Assembly: GCA_963723105.1 (NCBI GenBank)
Contig: CAVRPK010000002.1
Span: 121,098 to 185,097 of the forward strand
Direction of reading: 5' to 3'
DNA: 64,000 nt
Origin: an uncultured Candidatus Micrarchaeota archaeon
Lineage (GTDB): Archaea; Micrarchaeota; Micrarchaeia; Anstonellales; Bilamarchaeaceae
The notes below the pieces were generated by a model, which was given only the letters and a program-made list of their open reading frames with translations, was not told where the DNA came from and did not search any database. Below are positions 28,304-37,806 of the stretch, piece after piece; the stretch's first letter is position 1, and the number at the start of each line of letters is the position of its first letter. A program made the position numbers and the translations under genes.

Positions 28304-30724
28304 TTAAAGTCCTCTTAGTACTCTTCGCTGTTGTCTTCTTTCTGGTTGTGCTGGTGCAGTTTGAGCTGGTGCTTGCTGCTCTTCAAGAGTTATTCCCTCA
28401 ATTCCGCGTGCCCAATGTCCTGCTGGCCTTGTTCTATTTCTTTGTCTCCATGAATACACTGCAAGAGCTGTAAGTGCTTGCGCGCTTTCACGTCCATCTG
28501 CTGTTAGTGTATCTGTTGTTCCTGAAAACACTTGTCTATTTAGTATTCTCAAATCTTCTGCAAGTCTTTGATTTGTTTCTCCAGTAAGTCCTGCAACATG
28601 ATTGACAAATGCTACCATTGCTTCAATCATTAGTCTTCGATCTCCAGCAGGTGTAGTTTCGCTGAGCCTGACAGCTGGCCTTGTTACTGGTTGATACCTT
28701 GTTTGTCCTGCTGCCCAAGTGTGAAATGCTCGTCCTACAGGAGTACTTGCATCATGGAAAAGTTCATTGAAGGCTCTATCAAATGCTCTTGAGAGATCAT
28801 CTCTGTTTAGATGCCTCAGTGCTCTTTCAAAGACTGGTGTAGTAGAACTTCCATGAACAGTTGAGGCAACATCAGTAGGAAGCCTTAAGATAGATACAAT
28901 TCCTTCTGGCCTTCCTGTTTGTACTGCCCTAAACAATTCGACCTGGAGGTTTTGCCAATGCCTGTGTGCATGTTCTTCAAGCGGAGTTCGTTGTGGCTGT
29001 GCTGGCTGGGCGGTTCTTGCTACTGCTCTTTGCCAGACTGCCTGCTGAATCAATCTTCCAATTTCATTTCTTCCTCTTAAATTTGGATGAAGGTGATCTC
29101 CACGAGGGCTATCATATTCTGGTCTTAGCGTTGCCGGGGTTCCGGTTCCAAGTGATGAGGACAAGTCAACAAATATAATATCTGTTCTCTGGCGAAGCCA
29201 TGCATCAATTGCATCTGCTCTTCTTTGAGCAGCTACACTCCATCTGGGGTATGTCGCATAAGGCGGGCTTCCCCAAACAACTGGTAACACTCCTGCACTA
29301 TGCGCTCTTGCAATCATTGTCTCTAAATTACCTTGAACTGTTTCAAGTGATCTTCCGTCATTTACAATTACTGCTCCTGATATTACTACTATGTTCGGCT
29401 GTCCACGTCCTCCGATTCTATGGCCATTATATCTTCTTAGAACTCCTGACATTGCCTCTCCTGAAACACCATCAGATTCAACGCGTGCACTTGGAACATC
29501 TCTTCTAAGAAGTCTTTGCAGTTCCCTTCCAACTGCTCCTCCCGCAGTAAGTGAAGCTCCAACAATCAGTACATTTGGATTTGCAAGAGCAGCTGCGTAT
29601 CTGCTCATATCAAGACCAGTTTGAGCCTCTGCAACTCTTGTTGGTGCTGCTGGTTGCGCTTCCGGAATCTCAAGAACTTCAGGAGCTTGCCAGGTTGCAA
29701 TTCTACTTTGTGCTCTTCCGCGTCCGCGTGCTGGATGCTCCTGATACCATCTTCTCATATATAGTGATGAGCTTGTGATCGTATCTGCATCCATTGGACT
29801 GCTAAGGTATGCTCTTTGGAAAACCAATCTCACTTCCTCTCTATCTGCATCTTGCTCTGGAGTTCGAACCAAATCAACATGTGCAAGTCTTCCATGTTCT
29901 GTATCTTGATTAGTTAGAAGCTGGCTTATCTCTTGTCTAAATCTCGTGTTTCCACCATTTGGACGCGCTTCAAAATGCATCAAATAATATCTAATATAGA
30001 AATTAGCAGCTCTAATTACCGGATCACTTGCATCTGCTGCAAGAGTTCCACTACTTGCAGTAATTGCACTTTGAAGCCTTGTGAAATCCGCATTAGTTCC
30101 AGCTTGTGATGAGAGATATAATCTGAATCTTGGAATCTGCAATAATTCATTGAAAACAGAAACTGTTGTTGCTCTTTGATTAGGTGTTCCGGCGGCGCTT
30201 CCTGCTCTTTCTCCTGTAGTTAGGAACTGCTCAATATATCTGGAGTTTGTATGAAGCGCGCTTGCAGCACCTGTAGCTGCTCTGTCCGAGCCTCTGGAAT
30301 TTCTAAGCTGCGTTTCTATCCATTGTGCGGAAATTGTAGGCCTTGGAGCTTCTCGTGGCGGCGGAGTAGGTGGTCTTGCTGCCGGAGTTCTCTCCCGTGG
30401 AGGTCTGCTTCTTGGCGGCCTTGATCTTGGCGGCGGAGTAGTTCTTCTTTCTGTTCCGCCTCCTCCTGTTTCTTCTCTTGCGCCTGGATGCAATTGCCTG
30501 AAGATGCCACTTGCAATACTTCTAGCAGAACCAATCCGTTCAAATGCAGCTGCATCAGCATCAGGAGCTCCTCCTATACCTACATTAATTGCTCTTCTGA
30601 CTTTTCCAGTCAATTGTGGAATTGTGTCCTCTATACTAAAAGTAATTCCAGTAACTCTTCTCCATCCACTTGGCCCAACTACGACCAATGTATTTCCCTG
30701 AAGTTCTACTCTTGCACCTGCCAT
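28304..30724 (-). CDS. 806-aa protein with central SGNH/GDSL-hydrolase-like domain (approx 29047-29578) and N-proximal Pro/Arg-rich linker (approx 30337-30439); Lys-depleted
   Basis: The SGNH hydrolase blocks are recognisable: block I VLIVGASLTAGG (GDS(L)-type nucleophile Ser), block III VIVNDG (GxND), block V DHLHP (DxxH catalytic dyad). The linker reads PPPRSRPPRSRPPRERTPAARPPTPPPREAPRP. Its start ATG overlaps the stop of the 2360-aa gene in a TAATG arrangement. Confidence 0.6.
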   Translation of the reverse strand: MAGARVELQGNTLVVVGPSGWRRVTGITFSIEDTIPQLTGKVRRAINVGIGGAPDADAAAFERIGSARSIASGIFRQLHPGAREETGGGGTERRTTPPPRSRPPRSRPPRERTPAARPPTPPPREAPRPTISAQWIETQLRNSRGSDRAATGAASALHTNSRYIEQFLTTGERAGSAAGTPNQRATTVSVFNELLQIPRFRLYLSSQAGTNADFTRLQSAITASSGTLAADASDPVIRAANFYIRYYLMHFEARPNGGNTRFRQEISQLLTNQDTEHGRLAHVDLVRTPEQDADREEVRLVFQRAYLSSPMDADTITSSSLYMRRWYQEHPARGRGRAQSRIATWQAPEVLEIPEAQPAAPTRVAEAQTGLDMSRYAAALANPNVLIVGASLTAGGAVGRELQRLLRRDVPSARVESDGVSGEAMSGVLRRYNGHRIGGRGQPNIVVISGAVIVNDGRSLETVQGNLETMIARAHSAGVLPVVWGSPPYATYPRWSVAAQRRADAIDAWLRQRTDIIFVDLSSSLGTGTPATLRPEYDSPRGDHLHPNLRGRNEIGRLIQQAVWQRAVARTAQPAQPQRTPLEEHAHRHWQNLQVELFRAVQTGRPEGIVSILRLPTDVASTVHGSSTTPVFERALRHLNRDDLSRAFDRAFNELFHDASTPVGRAFHTWAAGQTRYQPVTRPAVRLSETTPAGDRRLMIEAMVAFVNHVAGLTGETNQRLAEDLRILNRQVFSGTTDTLTADGRESAQALTALAVYSWRQRNRTRPAGHWARGIEGITLEEQQAPAQTAPAQPERRQQRRVLRGL

Positions 30725-33700
30725 TATTGTCGCCTCGATCTATGTGCTCTTGCATATCCATGGATATGATTTCTATATGCAGTTCTAGCTCCTCTTGCGC
30801 TAAATGAAACTGTCATATCAGCTCCTTCTCCTTCAACTGTTATTCCAAGAGATCTCCTCAGTCTAGCTGATCTATCAGATGTTCCAGTTATTATTCTATA
30901 TATATCCGCCTTTATCTCTGTTCGAGCATGTGCTCTATTTGCTTGTTGCGCGCTTTCAATTCCTTCCTGGTCTTCTCCAAATGCTGCTCTCATCACAACA
31001 CCATCACCGCGCCTTCTTGTGCCTTCACCCTCAACATCATTAAACAACGCGTCGATTCTAGCATCAATAAATTCAGCTATTTGAACTCCACCGCGCTCTT
31101 CACTTTGATAAAAGCTTTGGGCCTCTGGACTAAGTCCAACTGTTGGAGCTCTTTCTACTTCTGCAGGCTCTTCGGTTTCTTCATCCTGTTGCTCTGCAGG
31201 CTGCCTTGTTTCAAAGCCTGGCCTTCTTGGATATCTTGGCCTTTCTTCTTCTTCAAGCACTTCTGCGCGCGTTCTACCTGCATCTGTTCTTCTTGGAGTT
31301 GAACTTCTAGCATCTCCTCTGCTTCTTCGTTCTGCTCCACCTGCTCGTTCTCTCATTTCAACTGGGGTTGATCCACTCCACCAGCCTCTTGATCTATAAT
31401 AACCTGATTGCCTATCGAGATACTCGTAGATTGCCTGAGGGGCCATGTCTTGAGTTTGTGCATTTGCTTGAATGTGCCTTAGAATTTCATGTAAATTTTC
31501 GATCTGATGGCCATTATCTGCCATCCACTTCATTACTCCATTTGTAGCTCGTCCTCCGCGCATTTCAGTATGAGTTGTTGCAAATGCAATTGCTTCTGCA
31601 TATTCACTGCCTCGAAGCGCTCCATCCATCTGAGCAAATATCCTAGGTGCAACTTGTCCGCTTTCTCTTGCAGTTGCAAGTGCTGTTCCAGGGTTTTCTG
31701 CAATCAAGGTTGCAAGTGCATTTAAGTCTCCGTAAATCTCTTCACCAAATTCTCCTTCAGTGAGGTTGAATCTGTTGAATGCACGAAGAGCAGCAGTGTT
31801 GCTTTCATATGTTCGAAGTAGTGACTCTAGTGTTGTTCTTACACTCGGATCCGTACAAGCTCTTCGATCAAGATTTCCTAGGAATGAATTCTGTGCAATT
31901 GCCGTTCCAAGATAGAGGTTTTCATCTGTTAAAAGTCCTCGAAGAACTTGCGCTCTTCTTGCAGGAGTAAGAGTGACAAGAGAACTAATGCTTGTTCTGT
32001 TTGCTTCAGAAGAAAGTTCACTAATTACATTATCTAAATATACTACTGGTATATGTCCCTGCTGGACTCCCATCCAGACAAATGCAAATGCGCTCGGGTT
32101 ATTGTGAAGGAATTCAATCATTCTTGCATGTTCTGCATTTGGTCTTCCTGCTTGGATTTCAGCAGGCGTAATTACTCCAGCATCAGCAAGCAGCTGAGTT
32201 GCAGCTCCTTCTGCAAATGACATCACAATTCCTCGCTCTCTCCATTGTGACATTCTAAGATCTGCCATGTCTGTAATGTCAAGATGCTCTTTGCGTTCAC
32301 TTACCAAAGTCGCATCAACCATCTCAAGACTTATTCCCCAGGGCTGAATTATTGCAAGCAATTCACGCTCTGCTTCAGTACGATCTGCACTTCCTTCAGC
32401 AGCAGTTCTTCTGGTATCAAGCAACTCATTGATATCTTCAAGTCGTCCTGTCATCTCTCTGCCATCAGTGAGGAACTCATTCATTCTTCTTGGATTCAGG
32501 TAGTGTCCGCTTCCTTCAAGAAGTGCTGTCAACTGTTCCTGGTTCCCAGGTCTTCTGTCAGTTGATTGTGGAAGGGTATTTGGCAGATGGAAATAGAACT
32601 GCCTTCCTTCTTCAGTGTCTGTTATCCAGAGTGCATTTTCTTCTGAAATGGAAATTCCAAAATCTCTTTGTGCTATTGCAATACCTTGTCTGATTTCATC
32701 TTCATTGGAAAGCATGTCATGAAGCGGACTATAAATAAATCTCCAGCCAAGATATCCTGCTCCTGCCCATGTTGCAATCTGTGGCACCATCCTCACTGAA
32801 TTTGATGGCCTGAGCATTGCATAAGGCACTGATCCTCCAGCTGCTCTTGCTGATTGGATCGCTCTGTAATACTGCATTCCCCCCCAGTGAGTCAATGGAA
32901 AATGTGCTCTTGTTCCAGTTGCCCTATGTCCAAATACCCATCTCCATGCTCCTGTTGCATACTCTCCTACTGTTCCGCGCACTGTATGCGAAGCCTCTCT
33001 TGCAAGTATTCCTGCCTGCTCTGAAATTCCAGGTATAAGCTGTTCCATTCTTGGATTTGATATTCCTATTGCATGGAAGTTTGCACGCATCTCAGCAGTT
33101 CTTACAGATCTGAGCATTCTGGCCAGTGGGGTTCCCATATCAAAGACTACTTCGATATTTCCTCCTTCACCAATTGCCTGCTCGAATATTCTTCTCTGCT
33201 GCGGTCCATAATTCTCCCGGACTGCTCTTCCAACTCTTTCACTTCGAAGGACAGTTGCGATTGCATCATCAAGATTTCCTCCCTGTAGCATTTGCTCTGA
33301 AATCCCTCTTCGAACTGCCTGCGCAACAGGATCTCCTTCTGCAGAAATTCTTCCAATCATGCTTCTTGTTGAATTTCTAAGTGTAAGTCCTTCTGCAATT
33401 ATCACATCTCCGGAAATTGCTCCTCTGCCTTCAAGTTGCAATAATAATGCAGCACGATCTCCGGCACTAAATTCTGTTCCAAGAAGTCTTTCAGTTTGTG
33501 CAAGCGGTCGCAATGCTGCTCTTTGGTCTCTTGTTTGCTGAACCAATTGCTGATTCTGTTCAAATGCTGTTTCATGGGCTGTGTTTGCTCTCTCGTGTGC
33601 TGCTTCAAGTCTAGCTAGTCTTCTTCCTGTTACTCCTCTTGTTCTTGCTGCTTCAAGGTTTACTCTTGCTGTTTCAAGAGCTTGTCCAGTCCTCTGGGCT

Positions 33701-36700
33701 ACTGCTTCAGAAGCTGCAAGGCTACTTTCAATCTCTGCAAGCCTTGCTGCTGCACCACGCTCTGTTGCTTCTACTATTAATGTCACTTCTTCAGTTGTAA
33801 ATGGTCTTGCATCAGTAAGTTCCATATATGCATCTGCAGTTCTACTGCTTCCAGCAGCCTGTCTTATTGATCCTTGTGTTCTTGCAAGTGCTCTTGCAAG
33901 TGCAGGATCACTTCTTGCTGCTGCTTCAAGATGGGGTCTGAGGTTTGGAGACGAATAAAGCTTTCTCAAAACTCCAAGATATCCTTCCCTTGTTCCTCTT
34001 CCTGCGCTTGTTGCCATTCTGTCTATTCTGACAAACAAGTCAATTGATCGCTGCACGCTGTTTCTTGCCATATTTGCAACTTCAGTTGCTTCTGCCCTTG
34101 CCTGCAGTGCTGTACGTTGTGCTGCCTGGACCTCAGCTGCAGGTGCTCCAGCTTCTGTCAGTGTCCTGAAATTTGCTTCTGCTCTTTCTGCTACTCTATT
34201 CGCTCTTCCAATTACAACATTGACTTCTTCCGGAGTCATGGTAATGTCTGAGATTATGTCACTCATTCTTGTCTGAGCATCTTCTATGATCCTGTCTGCA
34301 TTTGGAGGTTCTGCTGGATTTCTTCTTGCTGCTCTTGTTGCCCTCCAATCACGGAGCCTTCCAACTACTCTTCTATATAATAGTGTTCCTCTGCCAATCT
34401 GTCTTGGCTGCTCTCCTGGCCGAAGTATCCCTGATTCTAATGCTTGTGCATTGAGCTCTGCCTGCTGGCTATCTACTGCGCCTGGCTCTCTTACTCCAGT
34501 TGGTTCTCTTGGTGTGCCTCCAGTTCGTCTTTCACCACCACTTACTCTTCTGCTTGCTCCACCTGCCGGTGCTCCAGTTCCAGGAGGAGTTCCTGATGGG
34601 GGAGTACTTGCACTTGCTCGAATTGGTGGCATGGTTGTTTCGCCAGTTATTCTTGGCTGTCCTGGAACTTCAATAACATATTCTGTTCCAGTACCTGTTC
34701 TAATAATCTCAAATTCCATGGTTGCTTCTGCAGCATGTGCTTCAGTAATCACTTCATCCGGAACAGCTCTTCTAAGAGGTCCTGGTGCTTCAGGAGTTCC
34801 GAATTCCCTTAGTATTGCACGAGTTGAGAATGGTGTGTCTATTCCAGTATCAAGCGCATGCCTTACTGCTCTGTTTTGAAGAAGCACATCTATTCTGGCA
34901 GCTGCTTGTGGATGTTCTGCTCTTATTGCTTCAAGCCTTGCACGGGCTGCGATCATACTGCTTGTTCTTGCTTCTGCTGGAGTTGCTTCAAACCCTGCAA
35001 GCTCTCCAAGGAATGATCTGAATCGCTCTGGATTTGAAATAAATGATGCAAGATCGCGAAGTGGTCTCATTCCTCCTCCAGGTCCTCCTGGCGGAGTTGG
35101 GAATTCCAAACCTCTAATTCCGCGCACAAGTGCTGCTTCTGCAAGTTGATTTAATTCCCCTCCGCGAAGTGCTGTTCTTATTGCGCCCTGTCTCATAAGC
35201 TGAGAAATTTGGATTCTAAGTCTTGATGAAAAACCTCCGAAAATTTCAAGTGCAATCGGATTCTGTGCGCGAAGTAGTCTCATGAACCTGAACATTGTAC
35301 TTGGGTTTCCAAGTTCGCGTGCTCCTAATACTTCTGGCGGAGCTTCTCCAAATTCTGCTGCAAATTCTCTTGCATAAATTCTTGCTTGGCCTCTTGCTGA
35401 TCTTATAGCAATTGCCCTTCTAGCAGCAGATCCTCCCATTAGTGCCCATGGGAAAAGTCCAAGTCCGATCATAAGAGCTGCATTTGTAGTATCTCCTCTT
35501 TGATATGCCTGATATCCATGATAGAATGCATATCCTGAGAAGAACGTTGCAATTCCAAGATTCGCAACATTCAATCCAGTTGCAACTCTTGAGAGTCTTA
35601 TTGCATGGGTAGTTGCACCAGCTGCCCGGGCTGCAAGTGCAGCACGACCTACTCTTGCAGCAGCACCCATCATCCCAAGGCTTACTACTACAAGTCCTGC
35701 CATTGCCCAGCTTTCTGCTGATGCATGGCCATGAACTCTGTATTCAGTTACAATTTGTTCAGCTGCCATTCCAAGGAATATTGCTCCTGAAACATATGGA
35801 CCAACTACTGGAATAAATGCAGCTGCAAGTCCAGCGCCAATTAATGCCCACTGAAGTGCCTGCTGATTTCTTTGAACTGTTTGCTGCATTACTGTAAGTA
35901 TTGATTGTGCTCTCTCAAGTGCAGCTGTTGCCACTTCGCCCTGACTTTCGTAAGCATGACGAAGCTGGCTTAGCACTTCACTTTGCGCTCTTGCATAATC
36001 AGTAGTTATCTGAGCTGCTCCGCTTTGAGGAATTGCAAATATTGAAGTTTCAAGAAGAGTTGCAATTTGTCCTCTTCTATTGAGCTCATCATCGCTAAGG
36101 TTTCCAAATAGGATTTGATGGAATGCACTCAAATGCGCAGATCTATAAAATTCAAAACCCTGCATTCTTCGCTGTTCATCATAAGCAGTTCTAACTGCTT
36201 GTCTTCCACCAAGAGCTTGTGCGAGTCCTGGCGCTCTAGCAAACAAAATTTGTGTTGCCATCGGAGAGTTTTCTGCCAGGTATCCCATCAAAGCTTCTTG
36301 TCTGCTTGAGATTGCCTGCATGTAAGCTTGCTCTGCATCTTCAAAATTATTTATCAGCATTGCTCTTCTTGCTGCAATTAATTGATCTTGGCACTGGACT
36401 AATCTTGCTCCAGTTCGCGCAGCTACTTCCCCACTTGTAGTTAGCACAACTTGCCTGTATTGTTCGTTAAGAGCAAGCTGTCCATTTAGAACTGCAAATG
36501 CACGTGCAATTCTCGCTTCCCTGCTAACTTCTCCAAGGAATTCTCCAAGTTGCTGTTCTGGGAATGCTCCGTTTAATCCCTGCAATTGTTCAAAGAAAGC
36601 AAGTGCCTCACCAGCTAGATGCGGCATCACATATGTTGAAGTTGCCTGTAGCGAACTGATATAATGAATGAGGGCAGTTCTTCTTGCTTCAAGTCTTGTT

Positions 36701-37806
36701 ATTGCAGCTCGCCTTGGTGCAAGATCTCTTGCTGATGGTGCAGCTACTCCTTCTGGAACATTATCATAGAGTCCGCCAATTTCTACAAGCATTCTATTTA
36801 CTTCAAGAAGCCTGTCTCTTGCGCTCTGAAGATTTTGCTGTCTTAGTGTTCCTGCTGTAACATGCCCTAGTCTTGTATTGAATCTGTCAACTACGCGATT
36901 GAACTCTGCCATATTTCCTGTTGTAGCAGCAACTCTAAGTTGTCTTGTGAGTTGCCTTAGGGTTCTCTGTCCGCGAAGCCTTGGATCAGTTCCAGCAAAG
37001 TCTCTTTCGTATCGTCGAACATCAGCAAGAGCAACATATCCTTCATATCTTCCCCCTGTTCTTGTTCCAAGAGGCAATTGCCCTCTGGTATCTGTCTGTC
37101 CGGCAACCCAATCCTGCCTTCCCATGATTCTCTCTTCAAGCTGATGCGCTCTTGTTAGAAGAATTTCGGTATTTGCAATTCTTGCTGAGCCTGAATCAAA
37201 CCTTTCAGCTGCAGCAGTATGTTGTTCCAGTGTTTGTGCATTGACTTCCATTTCAATTGCTTCAAGCATCTCCTGTCTTCCTTGCACATAACCTGGAGTT
37301 CTCTGTCCAAAGCTGGTTGAAAATAATCCATATCTCCATCCTTCTCTTTGTCTGCTTTCTGCAGTTCCATAATAGTCTCTGGCATATTGAAGCAGAATGT
37401 GCGCTCCTTGGAAATCTCCTTGTCTTGCCCTATCTCTTGCTACTGCAAGTGCATCTTGTATCCCATCTTGCCCAATTTCTCTTCCTGCAATTGATCTTTC
37501 AATTCTTCCTGCTTCGCGTCTTACATATGCATTTTGTGCAGCTGCATAACTTTCTACAAATCTCTGTTCAATAGGCTCTCCAGCAAGTGTGAATCTTCCT
37601 CCTCTTGCATATTCAATTATCCGTTCCATTCCCTGAAGGAAGGCTGCATCGGATTCTGCTACTGATGTTATTCTTCCGCTTCTTCGAACTCCAAGTCTTT
37701 CAACTGCTTCGCTATACATTGCAATAAATGTCAAAACTCTTCTTGCTCTTGTAAGGTTTCCCTGTTCAATAAGATCATCAATATGACGCAAGCGTTTCAG
37801 TTGCAA
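30724..37806 (-). CDS. giant (2360 aa) Lys/Cys-depleted protein with internal hydrophobic four-helix core (approx 35409-35859); ORFan
   Basis: Uninterrupted 7.1-kb ORF. The start as called is TTG (the first ATG is 29 codons downstream). Residues approx 650-800 form four hydrophobic helices (LIGAGLAAAFIPVVGPYVSGAIFLGMAA ... AMAGLVVVSLGMMGAAA ... LNVANLGIATFFSGYAFY ... ALMIGLGLFPWALMGG) embedded in an otherwise highly charged Arg/Ala/Glu-rich polypeptide. A Pro/Thr/Gly-rich low-complexity tract lies near residue 1020. Confidence 0.7.
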   Translation of the reverse strand: MQLKRLRHIDDLIEQGNLTRARRVLTFIAMYSEAVERLGVRRSGRITSVAESDAAFLQGMERIIEYARGGRFTLAGEPIEQRFVESYAAAQNAYVRREAGRIERSIAGREIGQDGIQDALAVARDRARQGDFQGAHILLQYARDYYGTAESRQREGWRYGLFSTSFGQRTPGYVQGRQEMLEAIEMEVNAQTLEQHTAAAERFDSGSARIANTEILLTRAHQLEERIMGRQDWVAGQTDTRGQLPLGTRTGGRYEGYVALADVRRYERDFAGTDPRLRGQRTLRQLTRQLRVAATTGNMAEFNRVVDRFNTRLGHVTAGTLRQQNLQSARDRLLEVNRMLVEIGGLYDNVPEGVAAPSARDLAPRRAAITRLEARRTALIHYISSLQATSTYVMPHLAGEALAFFEQLQGLNGAFPEQQLGEFLGEVSREARIARAFAVLNGQLALNEQYRQVVLTTSGEVAARTGARLVQCQDQLIAARRAMLINNFEDAEQAYMQAISSRQEALMGYLAENSPMATQILFARAPGLAQALGGRQAVRTAYDEQRRMQGFEFYRSAHLSAFHQILFGNLSDDELNRRGQIATLLETSIFAIPQSGAAQITTDYARAQSEVLSQLRHAYESQGEVATAALERAQSILTVMQQTVQRNQQALQWALIGAGLAAAFIPVVGPYVSGAIFLGMAAEQIVTEYRVHGHASAESWAMAGLVVVSLGMMGAAARVGRAALAARAAGATTHAIRLSRVATGLNVANLGIATFFSGYAFYHGYQAYQRGDTTNAALMIGLGLFPWALMGGSAARRAIAIRSARGQARIYAREFAAEFGEAPPEVLGARELGNPSTMFRFMRLLRAQNPIALEIFGGFSSRLRIQISQLMRQGAIRTALRGGELNQLAEAALVRGIRGLEFPTPPGGPGGGMRPLRDLASFISNPERFRSFLGELAGFEATPAEARTSSMIAARARLEAIRAEHPQAAARIDVLLQNRAVRHALDTGIDTPFSTRAILREFGTPEAPGPLRRAVPDEVITEAHAAEATMEFEIIRTGTGTEYVIEVPGQPRITGETTMPPIRASASTPPSGTPPGTGAPAGGASRRVSGGERRTGGTPREPTGVREPGAVDSQQAELNAQALESGILRPGEQPRQIGRGTLLYRRVVGRLRDWRATRAARRNPAEPPNADRIIEDAQTRMSDIISDITMTPEEVNVVIGRANRVAERAEANFRTLTEAGAPAAEVQAAQRTALQARAEATEVANMARNSVQRSIDLFVRIDRMATSAGRGTREGYLGVLRKLYSSPNLRPHLEAAARSDPALARALARTQGSIRQAAGSSRTADAYMELTDARPFTTEEVTLIVEATERGAAARLAEIESSLAASEAVAQRTGQALETARVNLEAARTRGVTGRRLARLEAAHERANTAHETAFEQNQQLVQQTRDQRAALRPLAQTERLLGTEFSAGDRAALLLQLEGRGAISGDVIIAEGLTLRNSTRSMIGRISAEGDPVAQAVRRGISEQMLQGGNLDDAIATVLRSERVGRAVRENYGPQQRRIFEQAIGEGGNIEVVFDMGTPLARMLRSVRTAEMRANFHAIGISNPRMEQLIPGISEQAGILAREASHTVRGTVGEYATGAWRWVFGHRATGTRAHFPLTHWGGMQYYRAIQSARAAGGSVPYAMLRPSNSVRMVPQIATWAGAGYLGWRFIYSPLHDMLSNEDEIRQGIAIAQRDFGISISEENALWITDTEEGRQFYFHLPNTLPQSTDRRPGNQEQLTALLEGSGHYLNPRRMNEFLTDGREMTGRLEDINELLDTRRTAAEGSADRTEAERELLAIIQPWGISLEMVDATLVSERKEHLDITDMADLRMSQWRERGIVMSFAEGAATQLLADAGVITPAEIQAGRPNAEHARMIEFLHNNPSAFAFVWMGVQQGHIPVVYLDNVISELSSEANRTSISSLVTLTPARRAQVLRGLLTDENLYLGTAIAQNSFLGNLDRRACTDPSVRTTLESLLRTYESNTAALRAFNRFNLTEGEFGEEIYGDLNALATLIAENPGTALATARESGQVAPRIFAQMDGALRGSEYAEAIAFATTHTEMRGGRATNGVMKWMADNGHQIENLHEILRHIQANAQTQDMAPQAIYEYLDRQSGYYRSRGWWSGSTPVEMRERAGGAERRSRGDARSSTPRRTDAGRTRAEVLEEEERPRYPRRPGFETRQPAEQQDEETEEPAEVERAPTVGLSPEAQSFYQSEERGGVQIAEFIDARIDALFNDVEGEGTRRRGDGVVMRAAFGEDQEGIESAQQANRAHARTEIKADIYRIITGTSDRSARLRRSLGITVEGEGADMTVSFSARGARTAYRNHIHGYARAHRSRRQ

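Noticed and set aside
20741-37574. Dozens of 60-200-aa plus-strand ORFs inside the giant minus-strand genes (for example 25436-25837, 27340-27792, 34286-34879, 37257-37574)
   Set aside because: All lie antisense to long uninterrupted ORFs. Their low-complexity, Cys/Ser/Leu-rich translations are typical shadow ORFs of GC-enriched coding DNA. No independent start or RBS context.
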